Positions 49,201-63,900 of a DNA stretch of 64,000 bases are shown piece by piece. The notes under the pieces are model-generated. The model did not search any database and was not told the origin of the DNA. It was given only the letters and a program-made list of their open reading frames with translations. Made by a program: the position numbers and the translations under genes. The DNA comes from Lingula anatina (taxonomy: Eukaryota > Animalia > Brachiopoda). Each line of letters starts with the position of its first letter. Position 1 is the first letter of the stretch. The stretch lies in contig CM120640.1 in assembly GCA_051362555.1 (NCBI GenBank), positions 48,338,788 through 48,402,787 of the forward strand, written 5' to 3'.

Positions 49201-50915
49201 AAAATCAATGATTAATCAAACTGGATAATGCAATCAAATATTTATAATTGTTTTGTGGTGCAGATGAAAACAGACTGACATCAAATAATAACATTCTAAA
49301 ACAACAAAGTGTCTTTTTCTGTAGAAGGTTTGAGATGGTCCCTTAGTGTTCTGGATAACCAAAGTTAAGTTCAGAAGCAATTGAGTCAGTAGTTGATGTG
49401 CAGAAGGCAGGATAGCAGTAATGCACAGAACAGGTAGGAGCCCGACACCTTTGGTATAGACTGAGGCAAGTAAGTTTTATTAAGCACTATGCACATTATT
49501 TTCTTGAAAAAGACTTTTACTCTATATAAAAAGTGTTTAGGTTCATTTCTGAAATCTGGATCTTTAGCCAGTAAATTTCAATGCCAAGGAATTGTTGCAG
49601 TACAGGAACAAGCTTTAACATGAAAAAAATTGACTTAAAAACCTTTTTCTCTCAAACAGAAACAATTCAGATCATCACCAATCTTAAATATCCATTTAAA
49701 TGAAGGCGTGCTGACCTCTAAAATGAAATGAAAAGAAATGAGATGACAAAAAGTGGTGAAAAGATGTTTGACAGTCAAAGAGCAGCTGATATCCTTTTGT
49801 CAATGTGGGATCATTGGGAATAGTGATTTTCTGTAAGGCATTGATTTCTCAAGACAGATTGAGCTCTTGAGGGCATTGTTTTGACATGTGTCACAAGGAA
49901 TCTCCAGAAATTCAATCTTTTCTATAGAGATAGGTTAGCCTGGGTGATTTTTCTAGATAAAGTTTTTTCTTTTTTAATTATCATTCGACTGTATGTCATA
50001 TGAAATGATTATGCACAAAATAAATGACTTTCTAATAGGGGGCATCAAATGGGTAAGAAAGATTGATTTGGTGGATGAAAAGGTGTTACTGCAGAAAGAA
50101 AGATTAAGTAAAAATAGTATTTTCCCTGAGGAAAGCTTTATTAACTTATGTACTGCCTAGTTTTGCCAAAAGAGATATCAATATATCAAATATGGGCCAT
50201 TATAATATTAAAGGATACAGAAATTTCCTTTTCCAATCTTCTCTTTTTCTACCCTATGAAAATGTACTTTTGAATTAACCTTTCTTTCAGCATCAATGAT
50301 TTATCATCTCAGTATTGAATGCTAATGCAGAAGGGGGCATTTCACTACCAGAAATTCACTTTGTTATATAAGTAACTTATGCCATTGCATGGAAATACAG
50401 ATCAATTTTAAGCATATATATACATGACGTATCTGTTAAATAGACCATCTTTTTTAATTGTATATGCTTTATTTACAATGTCCACCAGTACTTTACCATA
50501 ATTCTTAAAAAAGGAAAGAAAAAAGAACAAATCCAAGTTCACTTCTAATTACATGGCCTTCTGATTATTAGCATAATAATTGAAATGAAGCTAACAGCAG
50601 TCTTGCACATGATCCACCTGTGCTGATGTCTTAGGGGTAATTAACCCATGTCCTTTCTATCAGTAAGACCCAATTGTTTATTTTCCTTGGAGTTTCGAAA
50701 TTACATTTATTACATCATCATTAAACAAAATGGTTGCATTCCTTTCTGTTCCATCAAATAAACACCTTCTTTTAGGCTGTCCAGGTGATTCCTTCCAGCG
50801 AAAAAGATACTCATAATCCTCAATCTATGCAAAAAATGGTTCTTCTCCAAGACTATTAATAAGATTATTATAAGATCATTAAGTTAATACCCAATCAATA
50901 TAATTTTCAAAAACG

Positions 50916-50967
50916 GCGCAAAATCTAACAAAACCAAGCGCAAAATCTAACAAAACCAAGCACAAAA
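50916..50967. repeat. Tandem repeat, 22-bp unit x about 2.4
   Basis: gcgcaaaatctaacaaaaccaa is repeated. Confidence 0.9.
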
Positions 50968-52988
50968 CAGCATGCAGACTGTTTTCCTTGTAATCCATCT
51001 GAACCCTAGACATGACATCTCATACTAGTGATCTGTTGTCCAGGTGCTACATCGAAAATACAATTACCTAAGCATGTACCACAGTGGCAAGTGCACTGGA
51101 GTGAGGAAAGTCAATTCCTAGTACATGATAAGTTACTTAACATTTGTTGAAAGTTAGAAAGGAAAAAGGAGACACAAGCCTTTATCATTTGATGAAATAA
51201 TTTAAAGTTGGATAATGAGAAATATTGATACAGTCCACAGTATTACTTAGCTGACATCTGTAAGTCAAATGTCTATTGCTAACCATTTTTTTATTGGAAA
51301 CACAATTAAACTTTATTTGGAATATCATTGCAAGGAGCATTCTATATTTACTTGTGTTTATTTTTGTAAGTATCATAATAGCATAAGTAATAATCCTAGG
51401 TATATTAATACTTGTAATAAAAGAAGTGCAATTCTTACAGGTTTCTATCACTACACAGCCAAGTTCAAGTTTTATTAATCATCCCTCAGGTACTTTACAA
51501 ATGATTTCTTTTCTTGGTTTTCACAATACCTAAATGAAGGTTTCAAAAAACTTTTCAAAAATTCCAAGTACATTTTATTAGTGCAAGGGCTAACAATATT
51601 AAGTGAACTGCTGCTTCAATTGCATTTGACTGCCAGTTATCAGCTCATTTACTATCCTAGAAAAATTGGCAAGTTATCAGCACCCTCACTACCTTAGAAA
51701 ACTCAAGTGATCCATTATATTTGATTCTCAGGGCAGGTTCTATATGCAAACATTCGTAGTAAACAAAATCCACTTTTCCCAGCATTTTTACTGTTTACGC
51801 TTCCAATCTGCATTCATTACTACCACTTAGTTCCCAAATGGATCTAATCAACCCAAATGGTTATTAATTTGAGGATAAATCTATTCTTAGACAATATACA
51901 CATTTACAGAATCTGTATTGTCTTCTTACAAGCAAGGACATACACAAAAAGATGTCATTTAATCAATGAATAACAAAATCTTTAAATCAACACACAGCCC
52001 AAATCCTTTTTGTATGATACTAATTTGTGTAAGATTTGAGCACTTGATAGTCTGTTTGCCAATCTACTGATGACCATGACATGCTATTTGGCTGTGCTAT
52101 TCCATGTTTGATTTCTAGATTAGCGGTGCGTGATTTATCAGTAAGAAGGCATAAATGATATTTGATTAACACCAATTGTATCTATTGAGTATTTATTTTT
52201 GTACTTTTATACATAGCTCTTATATAGGTGTTATGTTCAGTATATATAAAACTTGGGGAATAAAATTCTGTGAGGCAAATCTGCATTTCATAAAATAATA
52301 TATCCACAAATGAAATTTATGTGTGATATTTTTACCATTTATAGTTTTTTCTTTTTCTTCTTTATTCATTTGTCTGGCAGCTTTCAAAAAAAATTGCTGA
52401 TATTGAGAAGATTTGGGCTTGGGACATGTATAAATATAAGAGATCTTTGTTTTAAGCTCACAGTTTTTAGATTTTGAAATCTGATTTTTTTTTTTTTTTT
52501 TTTTGCACTGACATTGATCACAGTACTGCGCCATATCAGACTGTAACAAAACTTAAGTTTCCAAACCCCATACTTGAAGTGCTTGACTTCCCCATGCAAA
52601 GCTGTCACCCCAGTTTTATCTCAAAGGTAACCAAGCAAATGGATCTATTTGTCACCATTAAAACACATTACCTGCACTTCAAAATCTCATCACAAATCTT
52701 AGAATAACATCTAATCAGCACAGTTCTTTCAACTTTTTTATAGTTATGGAAGGTCATGCTCGGCTCACTTAAATTAAATTGTGTCTATGAATTTCTATGT
52801 GTGATACACTAGTCAAATTGATAGTTGTGCCAAATCTGAACTGGGCTTAAGAATCTTAATAAAAGCTCATATTCCCACCCAAGAAGAGAATGGTGTGTTA
52901 AATGCCATTTTTAGATAGTTTTAATGTATTTCTTCCACACAAAATAATGCCTCTCAAAATGATGGACTTTAGTGTGCCCACATGCAAA

Positions 52989-52989
52989 A

Positions 52990-53044
<55 letters not shown>

Positions 53045-53056
53045 AGAGAGAGAGAG
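52989..53056. repeat. Compound (AC)n(AG)n microsatellite
   Basis: Read directly from the sequence. Confidence 0.95.
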
Positions 53057-55247
53057 CAAGAGATGCATGCAGGTATGTTAAGAAATTCAGTGAAGATGGT
53101 ATTCAATTCAGGCTCACTCCTGACATCATCACAACCTGGTTCAGATTATCAAAGCATCAATTTGCTCCAGGTCAATCAGTAATCATTACCTATGTCTTTT
53201 AGTAGATTTTTTAAAAAAATCAACACATTGATTATCTATCTAATATAATTATTGATCCATAAAATCAAAATACTAATATTATCACTTGGTAGATTTATTT
53301 CATGCCAACATGAGAATCATGCTTACATGCAAGTACAAATAATATGATTAAAAATCAGGCACGTATTGGTATCTACTTCAAGACAGAAAGATCTATTCCT
53401 AGTGCTGAGCCCTACAAGGCTGTCCGAAGTCCTATTCTAAGCAGGCAGGGTATCAATCGATACTCTTTCACACTATTTCTCCATGCTTGAATACCTGGCA
53501 TAACCACACCAATTCCAATCCAATCCCTAATTTCATTTGTTACACAAGACCTGTCAGAATAATTCATCACAGCCCTGAAATGCAATTAAGAGAACCACTG
53601 AAAATATCAAATTCATGGAAATGTATGCAAATTGAAGGGAATCACAATACTGACTTGACTTATACTATAGTAATTGCATTAAGATACCAGTATTCTTCTC
53701 CACACCCAATGAAGTACTGGACTACTGTCAAGTTTGTTTGTTTTACACATTTCCAAATTACTGTCTTGGTGACATTGTGTTTCCAAGAACTTGGTAAATG
53801 AACTGATTTCAGTAGATGTATCATCTTATAGTACCAGTAATATTATGCAATATTTTGAATGAATTAATTAATTTTGTGTTGACCACTGTTCAGTTAAAAG
53901 GAATTCCATATCTTTTTTCAAAAGAAGATAAATGACAGAAAATTTTGATGAAAACAAACAGTTTAGGTATGTATATCCGCATGCACACTAAAAGGTAGTT
54001 TTAGATTGTTTTTAAAACAAGATCAAGTTAATGATGCATGATAGCATACTGGTACCGGCAGCAATAAGCAGCGAAAGGCTTTCACGAATCGTACTTTCTG
54101 TTAAGCCTGAATGCTTCAGAAACATATGAGCAACATGGCTGGAGTTTGAGTAAGGTTAATTGTTATGCTGTTCAAAATGTTTGATTTACTTGTGTCATCA
54201 ATAATATCAATAAGAAAAAATGTATTTAATTGTGGCTAATTTGCATGGCAAGGAGGGAAAGCAGACCACAGTTTTTATTTTATTTTATTTTTGAAAAACA
54301 TAGTCAGTCAGTGTTAGTACAATCAGGCCTTAACTGCAGTTTAAATTGCCAGTGTGAATGGGGTAATTGTGAATTGATTATTGAACACCAACATAATGTA
54401 ACCATGCAAAAAAAGGTACAGTTTTAAGGGATTCCCAGAAGTCCAACATCTATTTGAAATGGATTACAAATTATTGTTATTATCAATTATCAGCCATAAA
54501 ACAATTACCCATGGGCCTTGTGTATCACAGTATATGGCTAAGATGACTCAATACAGTAATTAATTCAATAATCGGTGGTGATAGTATTACCTGGTTCTGT
54601 CATGCTGTGCCCATTAAAAAATACAGTCTGTGTCACAGAGTGCCCCGTGGTATCAGCATAGAATTTTGTAATCTATGCTGAAATGCTAGTATAATCCATC
54701 ATTCTGTCATTGTGAATTCACTTGCCATCAGATATATCTAATTTTAAAACCATCACCATTAAGTCAAATCATATAACTTTTAATGAATGGGCAAATCTGG
54801 GTATCGAAATGTATTGTTGTCTCTTTACATGGGAGATCTCCTCCACTTCATACTACAGGGGGGCAGGGCAGAGGAAGAGAGGGGAAAGAAAGATACTTGG
54901 ACCCTTAACACTGGCTACTGAACTGCTATAAAATGTTACACTGAGATCCAATAGTTTTCGATTCTTTAATATGCCCCTCTTTACCTAGGTGCCAATAAAT
55001 CTCATCCACAATTTTATTTCATATAAAAAGAAATCACCCACTTAACAGCCTTCTTAAATCTCTTGAGTGGTGGCAGTCTGGCCTATTTAGCTCTCTAATG
55101 ATCCCCTGGGCCCCAAGATATTGCTTCTAAGATATGACAAACCTTTGTCCATCCCCTCAAACACATCATTCTATCTAACAGTATTGATTTGGGTTTCTTC
55201 TCCATGCTACCTACTGTTAAAAACACAATACATGTGAATTCAACGAA

Positions 55248-55403
55248 GAAAATGGTAGGTCTGTTATATGGAGAAAAAAGCAAAGAAATAGCCAATAATA
55301 ATAAAAACACCATCAGCCTAAAAACGAAAATGGTAGGTCTGTTATATGGCGAAAAAAGCAAAGAAATAGCCAATAATAATAAAAACACCATCAGCCTAAA
55401 AAC
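55248..55403. repeat. Tandem duplication, 78-bp unit x2
   Basis: Two copies differing at one base (gga vs ggc). Confidence 0.95.
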
Positions 55404-56616
55404 TAATTTTTGTATGTGTGCCCTTGTTTAAAAAAGAATCAGGAATAATTTTCCTTTTCTTTGAGAAAAAGTTTTATAAAAGAGCAAGTATCCAACACAG
55501 TTCATTTATATCAAAATAAAAAATTTCCTCATAAATCTCAAGTACCATAATATGAAAAACTTCAAGACTTTTCTACCAAGATCATTGTAATAAATCCTTA
55601 TATGGAGTATAAATTTCCCCCAGCTTTCAGATTAGGCATCAAAAGAACTAAAACATTAACATTACTGTCCTAATGACCCTAACAATTGAAAATGACTAAT
55701 GTTTTTCCTACTGTTAGTCACATTGAGACCTTGGTTTGCATGTGGTGCAACTATTAGTTGGAAACTACTCGGGAGTCTGACTATAGATGGTGACAACATC
55801 TATACATCTAACGAGTAACTATACACTGCTTACTGATGAGAAGAGCTATAAGCTAAAACAGTGATTGCTAAATAAGAAGCTTGATGGAGCGCACTTATAC
55901 ATTTGAAAACACCATGCAGACCCTTGGACAATCATGTAGTTAAAAACCATCATACAAAATTTAAATATATTTGAAATGATAAAGGACCTGCATTTGTGCA
56001 AGAGTTTACTGCCATCAAAATAAATAAGATAACAGCAATTCACCAGCATGTCAAATAAAGATAAGACATCATGATGAATCTTATATAGTTTCATAATAAC
56101 TGTCCAAAATGAGGAATCATGCAATGATCATGCAAGCTGTACTTGTGACACTAAATCCAAGTTCTTCCCTGTGGGAGTGATTTGAGTTGCAACTTGCTAG
56201 TGCATTTTTTTTACATCATGGACTCTGTAACACACTGTATCTTCAAGATCATTAGACCATGAAATCAATCTCAAATCTGATAGGATGTAGTATTGATGAT
56301 TTATTTCCCCCAAGGGAAGTATTTTAAAAACTTTAAAATTTTTGGTGTGAGTATGTATAATTCTTTATACTAAATGGCTTTCTTTTTTTTTCTTTTTAAT
56401 AAGAGAGCGAACATCATTTCAATATAACAAGATAACAGACAGGCTGTTTTCACCAGAGTTTTGTTAAAGCCTTTTGTATCAAGGTAAGCATTCTCTTTCA
56501 AAAAGAAGCAAAAAAGAATAATAAACATACCGTAGCAGACTTAATTCAATCTTCATATACCACTCAATGAGTGATTCAAATGTCTATTTGCAATGAAAAT
56601 GCACAAAAAAATAAAT

Positions 56617-56934
56617 CAGGCCTACCCAACTACCAGACCCGGCACTGAATGATCCTGAATTCGCCGGTAGATTGGACCACACTACACGTTTTCAAGGTGT
56701 ATGTCAGTACACGCTTCGAAGTATCAGCCGCAACACCGCTCTTGCCTAGTACGAGATGTGACAGTGATGATTCTCAGCGGGGTTGGAAAGTAGTGGATCT
56801 CATCTCAAATTTTGTTCTGGGGTATGATGCTGTGAAATGTGTACTGACGCACTCCTTGAAAATGGGTAGTGTGGTCCGATCTACCAGTAAATTCGGGATC
56901 ATTTGGTGCCGAGTCTGGTAGTTGGGTAGGCCTG
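56617..56934. mobile_element. Fold-back MITE family B, short copy (318 bp)
   Basis: TIR caggcctacccaactaccagac / gtctggtagttgggtaggcctg. TSD TAAAT. Internal sequence matches 14080-14374 in inverted orientation. Confidence 0.92.
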
Positions 56935-57957
56935 TAAATGCAGACTGATTCTAAAAAAGGTCAATTAATGAAGGCAGGATTGCAATTTGACAAGTGGGAA
57001 TAGTGGAGGGAGAGAGAAATTTATACCCAAAAAACTTATACCCAAGAAAAAAGTAGAGAAGTTAGAGAGGGACAGAGAGAATTAAACAAACATGAGAGAG
57101 AGAGAGAGAGAGAGAGTGAGCAATGGAAATACCAGAAATATTTTTTAAAGTGCACAATCAACGTGTGTAGTCTACCTTATGATGGAAGAGCTGAGCTTGC
57201 ATCAAGATAATCTACATCATAGCTGTGGACCCCTGGGGCAATCAATTCTTACAATTTTATTATTTTTGATAGCAATGGATGTTTGGTAAAACTGTCACAC
57301 CATTTATCTAATTTTGGATGAAATTGTATTGTGCAATTCATCATAAATATATAATAGTCATCTACACAACAAAAATACATCGATATTCTTTAAGATTATT
57401 TATTAATAAGTCAACTAAAAACATCTATTAAAGGAGGACTTCCACAAATAAAGTATACATGTACAAAGACCTAGAATAATAGAGCATGTTCTGAGGGTAA
57501 CTTTTTTAGTTGTTTAAAATACAATCAGAATATTGGACAAATAAAATCTACAAGTTTCTGGTGAAAAAAATTGTAATTCAATGAACAACTGCTATTCAGG
57601 AGCTTAGAGTAAAGCCCATGGAAATGCTTGTCTGCAATTATCTGATCAAGTTGTCTTGCTCCAAATAAAAAATAGCTAGTCATGTCATCCTGACAGCTAA
57701 ACAAGATGTAAAAACAACATAATGCAGAGGTACATGATCAGCATACAGGACTCTCAAGGGGCTTTTGTTTTACCAAGGATCTTAGACACTGGATATATTT
57801 CAGTAACTTATGGGGTTCAATAACATCTTAAATTGATTTTCTTCAGCAATATCTTTTTATCATATTCCAACTTTCAAGTCCTGAAAAAGATAGATGTAAA
57901 GAAAGGCACCAAGCCTAAATTTGTTCATACAAAGTACCTAAAAAAATACAATCCTTA

Positions 57958-57993
57958 AGAGAGAGAGAGAGAGAGAGAGAGAGGGGGAGAGAG
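57958..57993. repeat. (AG)n microsatellite
   Basis: Read directly from the sequence. A shorter tract lies at 57094-57116. Confidence 0.9.
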
Positions 57994-60900
57994 ACTGTAT
58001 CTATCCTTTTCATATACACCAACAGAATACGCAGACACACCCAAGTACATACAGTACCTCATCTTTTATGAATACATATATGTCATACTAATTCATTTAT
58101 ACATCTGTATTGAACAAACCTGTCACAGGTATATACATGGATTAAAAAATGCAATATATGCCATTACATTATACCAGCATTGTCATTTGTTGCTAACTGT
58201 CAAGGTTACAGAACTCAAAATTAACATTACAGAGCATTTTCCATTTATGGGTGTCTTTTGTCTTCATCACAGCCAATGTAGTGTATTATCTATGATTTCT
58301 TGTAAAAATAACAGAGCAAAATTAAAATAAAAATTTTAGACAATGCAATATGGTTCAGGGCACTGCTCACTTTGGTCATACCTACACCATACCTACACCA
58401 TATTCAAGCAAAAACCAAGTTATTGCAATTCCAAAAACATCACCATGCTCATGCTATTTATTTCAATGTATAATATTTGACAAAAGAACTGCCTTATCTG
58501 ATCTTAAGTCATGCACGGTCATAATATACATAGCTTTTTAAGTAAGATTTGATAAAAATATATTGTTTGCATGAATATTTTCATTTCTATCTAAGGTCAA
58601 CAAGTTGTTAGTTTAGGTTCCATTTCTTGACCACAAGGTCAGTCTATATCGGTTCACCATAACAGCCTGTACATTTTTTTTTTCAAATTGTCCATTTCAA
58701 TTCAGATTGCCAAACTGATAAAAGGCAGTATTTCATAAAGTGTATTGATGAATAAAACTAACATATAACTAAAGACTCCTTTAGAAATATTCTTGGTTGA
58801 ATAGAAACATTATGTGTTTTTAGAACAGAGATAAAATCTTACCTCTATATTGAAATAATTTTTCCACCATATATTTTAATTGGATAAAAATTGTTTTGTA
58901 ACAACTATTGTATCAGAATTTCTTATCACGCAAGTGTTCCTAACAAAAACCTGGTCATATCCATTTATAAAGTGCTCTCTGCAGGAAACATACAAGTTTT
59001 CCCTTTCATATGTCTTTACACTTTTTCTAATTTCCTTCCAAGTAAAACACACTTTAAGCACTTCTGCTCTTCACATTTTGCCAGAGAAGATCTATAAATT
59101 ATTTCCTTGGGGAGACAAAACTAGGAAAGTTTGTAATCCCCAATAAAGCCGACAACTTGTGTTTCATCAAGCAGAACAGCCTGTGCTTATTCCACTCTAT
59201 ATCTTCCCAGCCGAGTTGTCCTTTATTACAAGATGCATAAAAATGGTGACAAGGCCACGGGGTAAACATATCACTGTCTCACTACAGCTGTATGGAGACC
59301 AAAGGGACAAAGGATGAATGGCAATCATCCAGTCTATACGAAGTTACCCACAAATTAAAAAGGAAGATTAAAGAAGATACAGTAGTTATATCTTGCAGTG
59401 CATTCTTTATTTATTGATACTGGCAGTTTACTTGAAAAGCATCATATTGATTTTACCATTTCATTGCAGGTTATATCATTTTCACACTGAGGGTGGTGTA
59501 GAAGGAGGATTTTTAACCAAGTCCAATAAGACTTTATTGCCACATATAGTTAACCAACTGCAAAGAGCAGCAGGTAGTAGTAGGCTTTACTACAATAATA
59601 TTTGCTAACGCACTGCATTGACAGGCAGCCTTCACAGCTTGGCTGCAATTGGCTAGACTCAAACTGAATGCAAATAGCATCCCAGCCAGAAGTTCAGTGG
59701 GCAGTTAGCACTAAGCAGCAGGAGTACCTTAAGCCACGAGCACAGACGACTCACTCAATGGATTAATAGTGGTTGAATAATCAACAGTGCCTTAAAGCAG
59801 AAGAAAGGGGCTCAATTCAGTCAATCTATTAAAAGCGGTGGTCAGGTAATAGACCTGTCATTTGTTTAGACACCTCCGCAGGGATAACACCACACCTGTA
59901 TGGGGGCCAGATGACATTACCTGACTGGCTGGACACTCACCTGTCTGGACACTGTGTGGACTAATGGACACAAAAATTAACAGATTAAAATGTGGGAAGA
60001 AAAAGTGCCGATCACTCATCATGTCCAAGGATTATTATACTGAGGCTGATGATCTTTCATAAGCACTTTCTTTGACAGCCAAGTTCAAGCAGGGAGCCAG
60101 GAGGGTACAGTAGTAGCTGTTTAAAAAAATGTGGTTGACAGTGAACAGGGACAGAGACATGGACGTCAGTAGTATTGGACTGACAGCAGCCAGGTTATGC
60201 TGCTATTTCACTTTGATGACACTAGTAACAGGACAGCCATGGGCAGGTAAGCAACTTAACTTTTATCGGTAGTAATCAGGTTGGTAAGATGTGAGCATTA
60301 GCCTTCTGCGTCAACTCCACAGTTTGGCTAATAAGTTTTATGGTTTGGCCATATTAAATTTACAACTGACTAGTATACTTATGCAGTAAATGGTGACATT
60401 TATAGATTGACGATCAGACTGCGCTACCTGTCTTTAAAAGCATATTAATTTTATCAGTTGCTACATCAAGAATTACACATTTAGAGACCCCATAATTATT
60501 TCATACCTGACAATACAAGACATGATCTTAAGAACTGACACATCTCTCTTATATCACTCGAATCTCTTCAAAGGAATTTCCTCTGATCTTTGATCCACGT
60601 CTTATATTGCTACCATTTTTCACACTTGAGAAAATACAATTTTACAGTGGGTTGGGATACATAATTGAAGAAAAGAAAGCATCTCAACTTAATCAATCCA
60701 ATTTCTTTAGCCTAACATGTGAACCATTATACTTATCTCCATACTGGGTAAACTGAGAGCAAACATACACTTTCCACAAAGCTAAAATAGCTGACCAGAT
60801 ACACTTGAGAGAACTGTTTGCAATACACTGTCCATTAGTTTTGAATGCTGTCCTAAGAGATCTACCCCAGATAGCCATCTAAACAGGTGACCATTTAGAA

Positions 60901-63900
60901 ACTTATCAGTTTCAATTTGCTCTGCTATTCAGTGCACCAGGCCTGAATTTCTGTATTGAACATTTAAAAGACAGGGCCATGAAGTGCCAGTTCATGTAAT
61001 TCTACAGTATGTGCAACAGTTAGGTAGTAGTTGTACATTTATATATAGATTGGTATGGATATGCATCGATTTGAATTCACAGCTAAGTTATTTTAGCCTT
61101 ACTATATCGTACCACACTTGTATGGGAAGGAAAATACTTTTGAATAATACCATCGATCAAAAATGAATTCTATAAATGCTTATTTGAATATTGCTTATTT
61201 GCTCACAACTACAAACCACAGTATAATAGGTCTAATGATAACACTACCCCACCAGGTTCCCATACACACATTTGTATGGGACTTAGCAAATTAACTGGGC
61301 CCATGTGCATGTTACAGAATTCTCCATTACATACTGAAGGAAGTAATACTTATAAAAGTTTTGAAGTGAATTACGTTTTGAGAGGAAATATGTTCTCATT
61401 ATTAAAATCGAAAATCGAAAAAAAAATTCTTTAAGAAAGCTATTCTCACTGAGATTTCAAAACATGATGAAAGGCACTGTCAGGAGCCTGTGGCAGCTGT
61501 GAAGAAATGAATATGTTTGAACTATCAATTAGAGCAAGTTGGTACTTTAGTGCTAGATTGGTTGGCTGTCAATGGAAAAAAATTAAGAAAAAAAAAATTT
61601 AGAACTCAGAATAGGATAAGTGCTACATATTGATTTTCAAGCATTTAACTGCGGGGTGTTTCCTTGTATGCTGTGGCACAAGTTCTTGAATCAATTAGAC
61701 TCACGTCCAATTATTACTAATTAGTCTAACCTGTTATTAGGTCTAATACGATAAATTGACACTGGTTTCAATACTTTAGTTCCAGTGTTTTTGTCCCAAA
61801 TGTAGTACAACTTGGGTCTCTTGTGGGATTTTTTTTTTTTTTTTTTTTTTGTTATGTGCCTTACGGTAATAATGTATATAGTGACAAGTGTGTGCCTGTG
61901 GCTGCAAGGGTATCATCTACATCATAACACTGTCTATTCCTGGTAACATTGGATCAAAAAATAAAACAGGCATATTTTATTGTTTTTCATGAAATATGAT
62001 CACATGCTACTTTCCCATTGAGTAGATGATCATCAAGCATGACTTCCAACCTGTTAGCCTCGTAAGTAACTATGGAAACAAAGATGCATGAAAGAAGTGT
62101 TTTTCACGCAAAACTAATAAAATCAATCTCTGAGGAACAAGGACAAAATAAAGGAAATAGATAAGAATTAGGGAAAATGGTGACATCCACAGCACCATGT
62201 CATTTCTAATATGAATTTATTAAAAAAACAAACTTTTTAAAACTGATTTTCTTGAAAAATAAACTTCTGATGTGCTTTCAATAAAACGACTGTATTAAAC
62301 TGGTCTTTCCTCACAAGCACTTATATCATATCAGCCTTTTTCCCTCCCACCATTAGCACTTGTTAAAGAGAGCAGTATCAAGCTACTTCCATCTGCTTGT
62401 GAGCTCCTTACCTCACCGCCCACCACAATACATCAAACAGCCACAACTCTATTCAAGACAGGTAAACTGAAAGCCTTAATACCGCATTATGTAACAATAT
62501 TAGGGTATTACATCTCTATTACTAGCTCCTCCATTGCCCTTTCATAATAAGCCCTCCAATCCTACAAATCAGTCCCTTGCTGTATTTGTAATTGAACTTG
62601 AGCTACTGAAAGTATTTGAACAATGACAACTTTGCAAGATTTACAATTTCTTCTCATTTTGATGAAATCTCTGCCAGTCTTTAAACCTTTATAACAATAA
62701 AAATGTGTTCTTGAAAACAAACTGAGATTTTATCTCTTGTGGATAAATCAATGAAGCATGAAACTAAAAGGGTAAATTTTGTATGACCTTTTTAGACTAG
62801 TGAAGTAACTTAAATTAATAGAGCCTGTTATTCTATGGGCAAATACTTTGCACTTTATATTAATGAAGTAAATTGCCTTGAATCAAATCAATCAAGCCCA
62901 AGCACTAAACATCTGATCCACAAGACACAGTGCAATCTAGTTTTACCAACTTCTTTTCTGTCAACTCCAGGGATTTTCAAGATTTTTACTTTATTTCAAA
63001 GAACAAATAGTATTACCTTAACATTTGTCTCCTAATCAATACTTAAGTTTCTTAGATAACTACCTGAACCATAACCATAACCATAACCATTTTCTGTGGA
63101 AATGAATTAAACAACTGACTAAATTTGCCAAATCCCAAAAATCCCTTAACAATGAGTGATTCAGCTGTAACCTACTGCCCACTGCTCTCTTAGGAAATAA
63201 AATGCAAAACCTTGACCTCTATCATTATTAAGGTGTTGATGCCACCCATACAATATTCCTACACATCCTTTATTAAATATAGATACTGAGGTGGTTATGT
63301 GGTGTGTGGGTGTGTATGTAATAAGAGACCTTGTGGGATGTGCGTAGTCGTCACTTATCATTTCAAAAACCTTTATTAACTAAACATTACCCCAACTTAA
63401 ATCATTAAAAGAGGAATTATGGTAAAACTAAAGCTTTTTTGATAAAAATTACAAGTGTATGAAGATAAATGATGTGATCTCCACAAGTGACCACAGCCAA
63501 ATATCATGCATAAAATACCTGGCATACATTACACAATATATTTAGCTCATACAGGTGATGAATTAAATGACCACTTTCTAGTGAGTAAGGAAGCAAAAAG
63601 AGTAACAGCATGTAGCATATTCCTTAGGTCATACCAAAACCAATCAATCATCAAACAAAGGTAGATAAATTCAGGAGAATTAGTCTGTCTCTTGGGTTGA
63701 GTCATTGCTTGGCAACATCTTCAATGAGACAATTAGAATTGCTGACAGTATTATATAATATATGCTCCTGGTATAGTTAGAAGAAACCCAAGCGGTCTGG
63801 CAACCACCAGTGATAAATATTGCATTACCTGGACAGATGGATATTTGCTATTGATTACCGTGATGACAAAGTCAAGTTGATTAGAACGACTTAGTCACCT

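Noticed and set aside
55095-55431. Overlapping ORFs with repeated peptides, one signal-peptide-like (MVFLLLLAISLLFSP)
   Set aside because: Explained by the 78-bp DNA duplication and A/T-run composition.
59941-60116. Possible minus-strand exon (acceptor and donor-like ends)
   Set aside because: Stop codons in all three frames.
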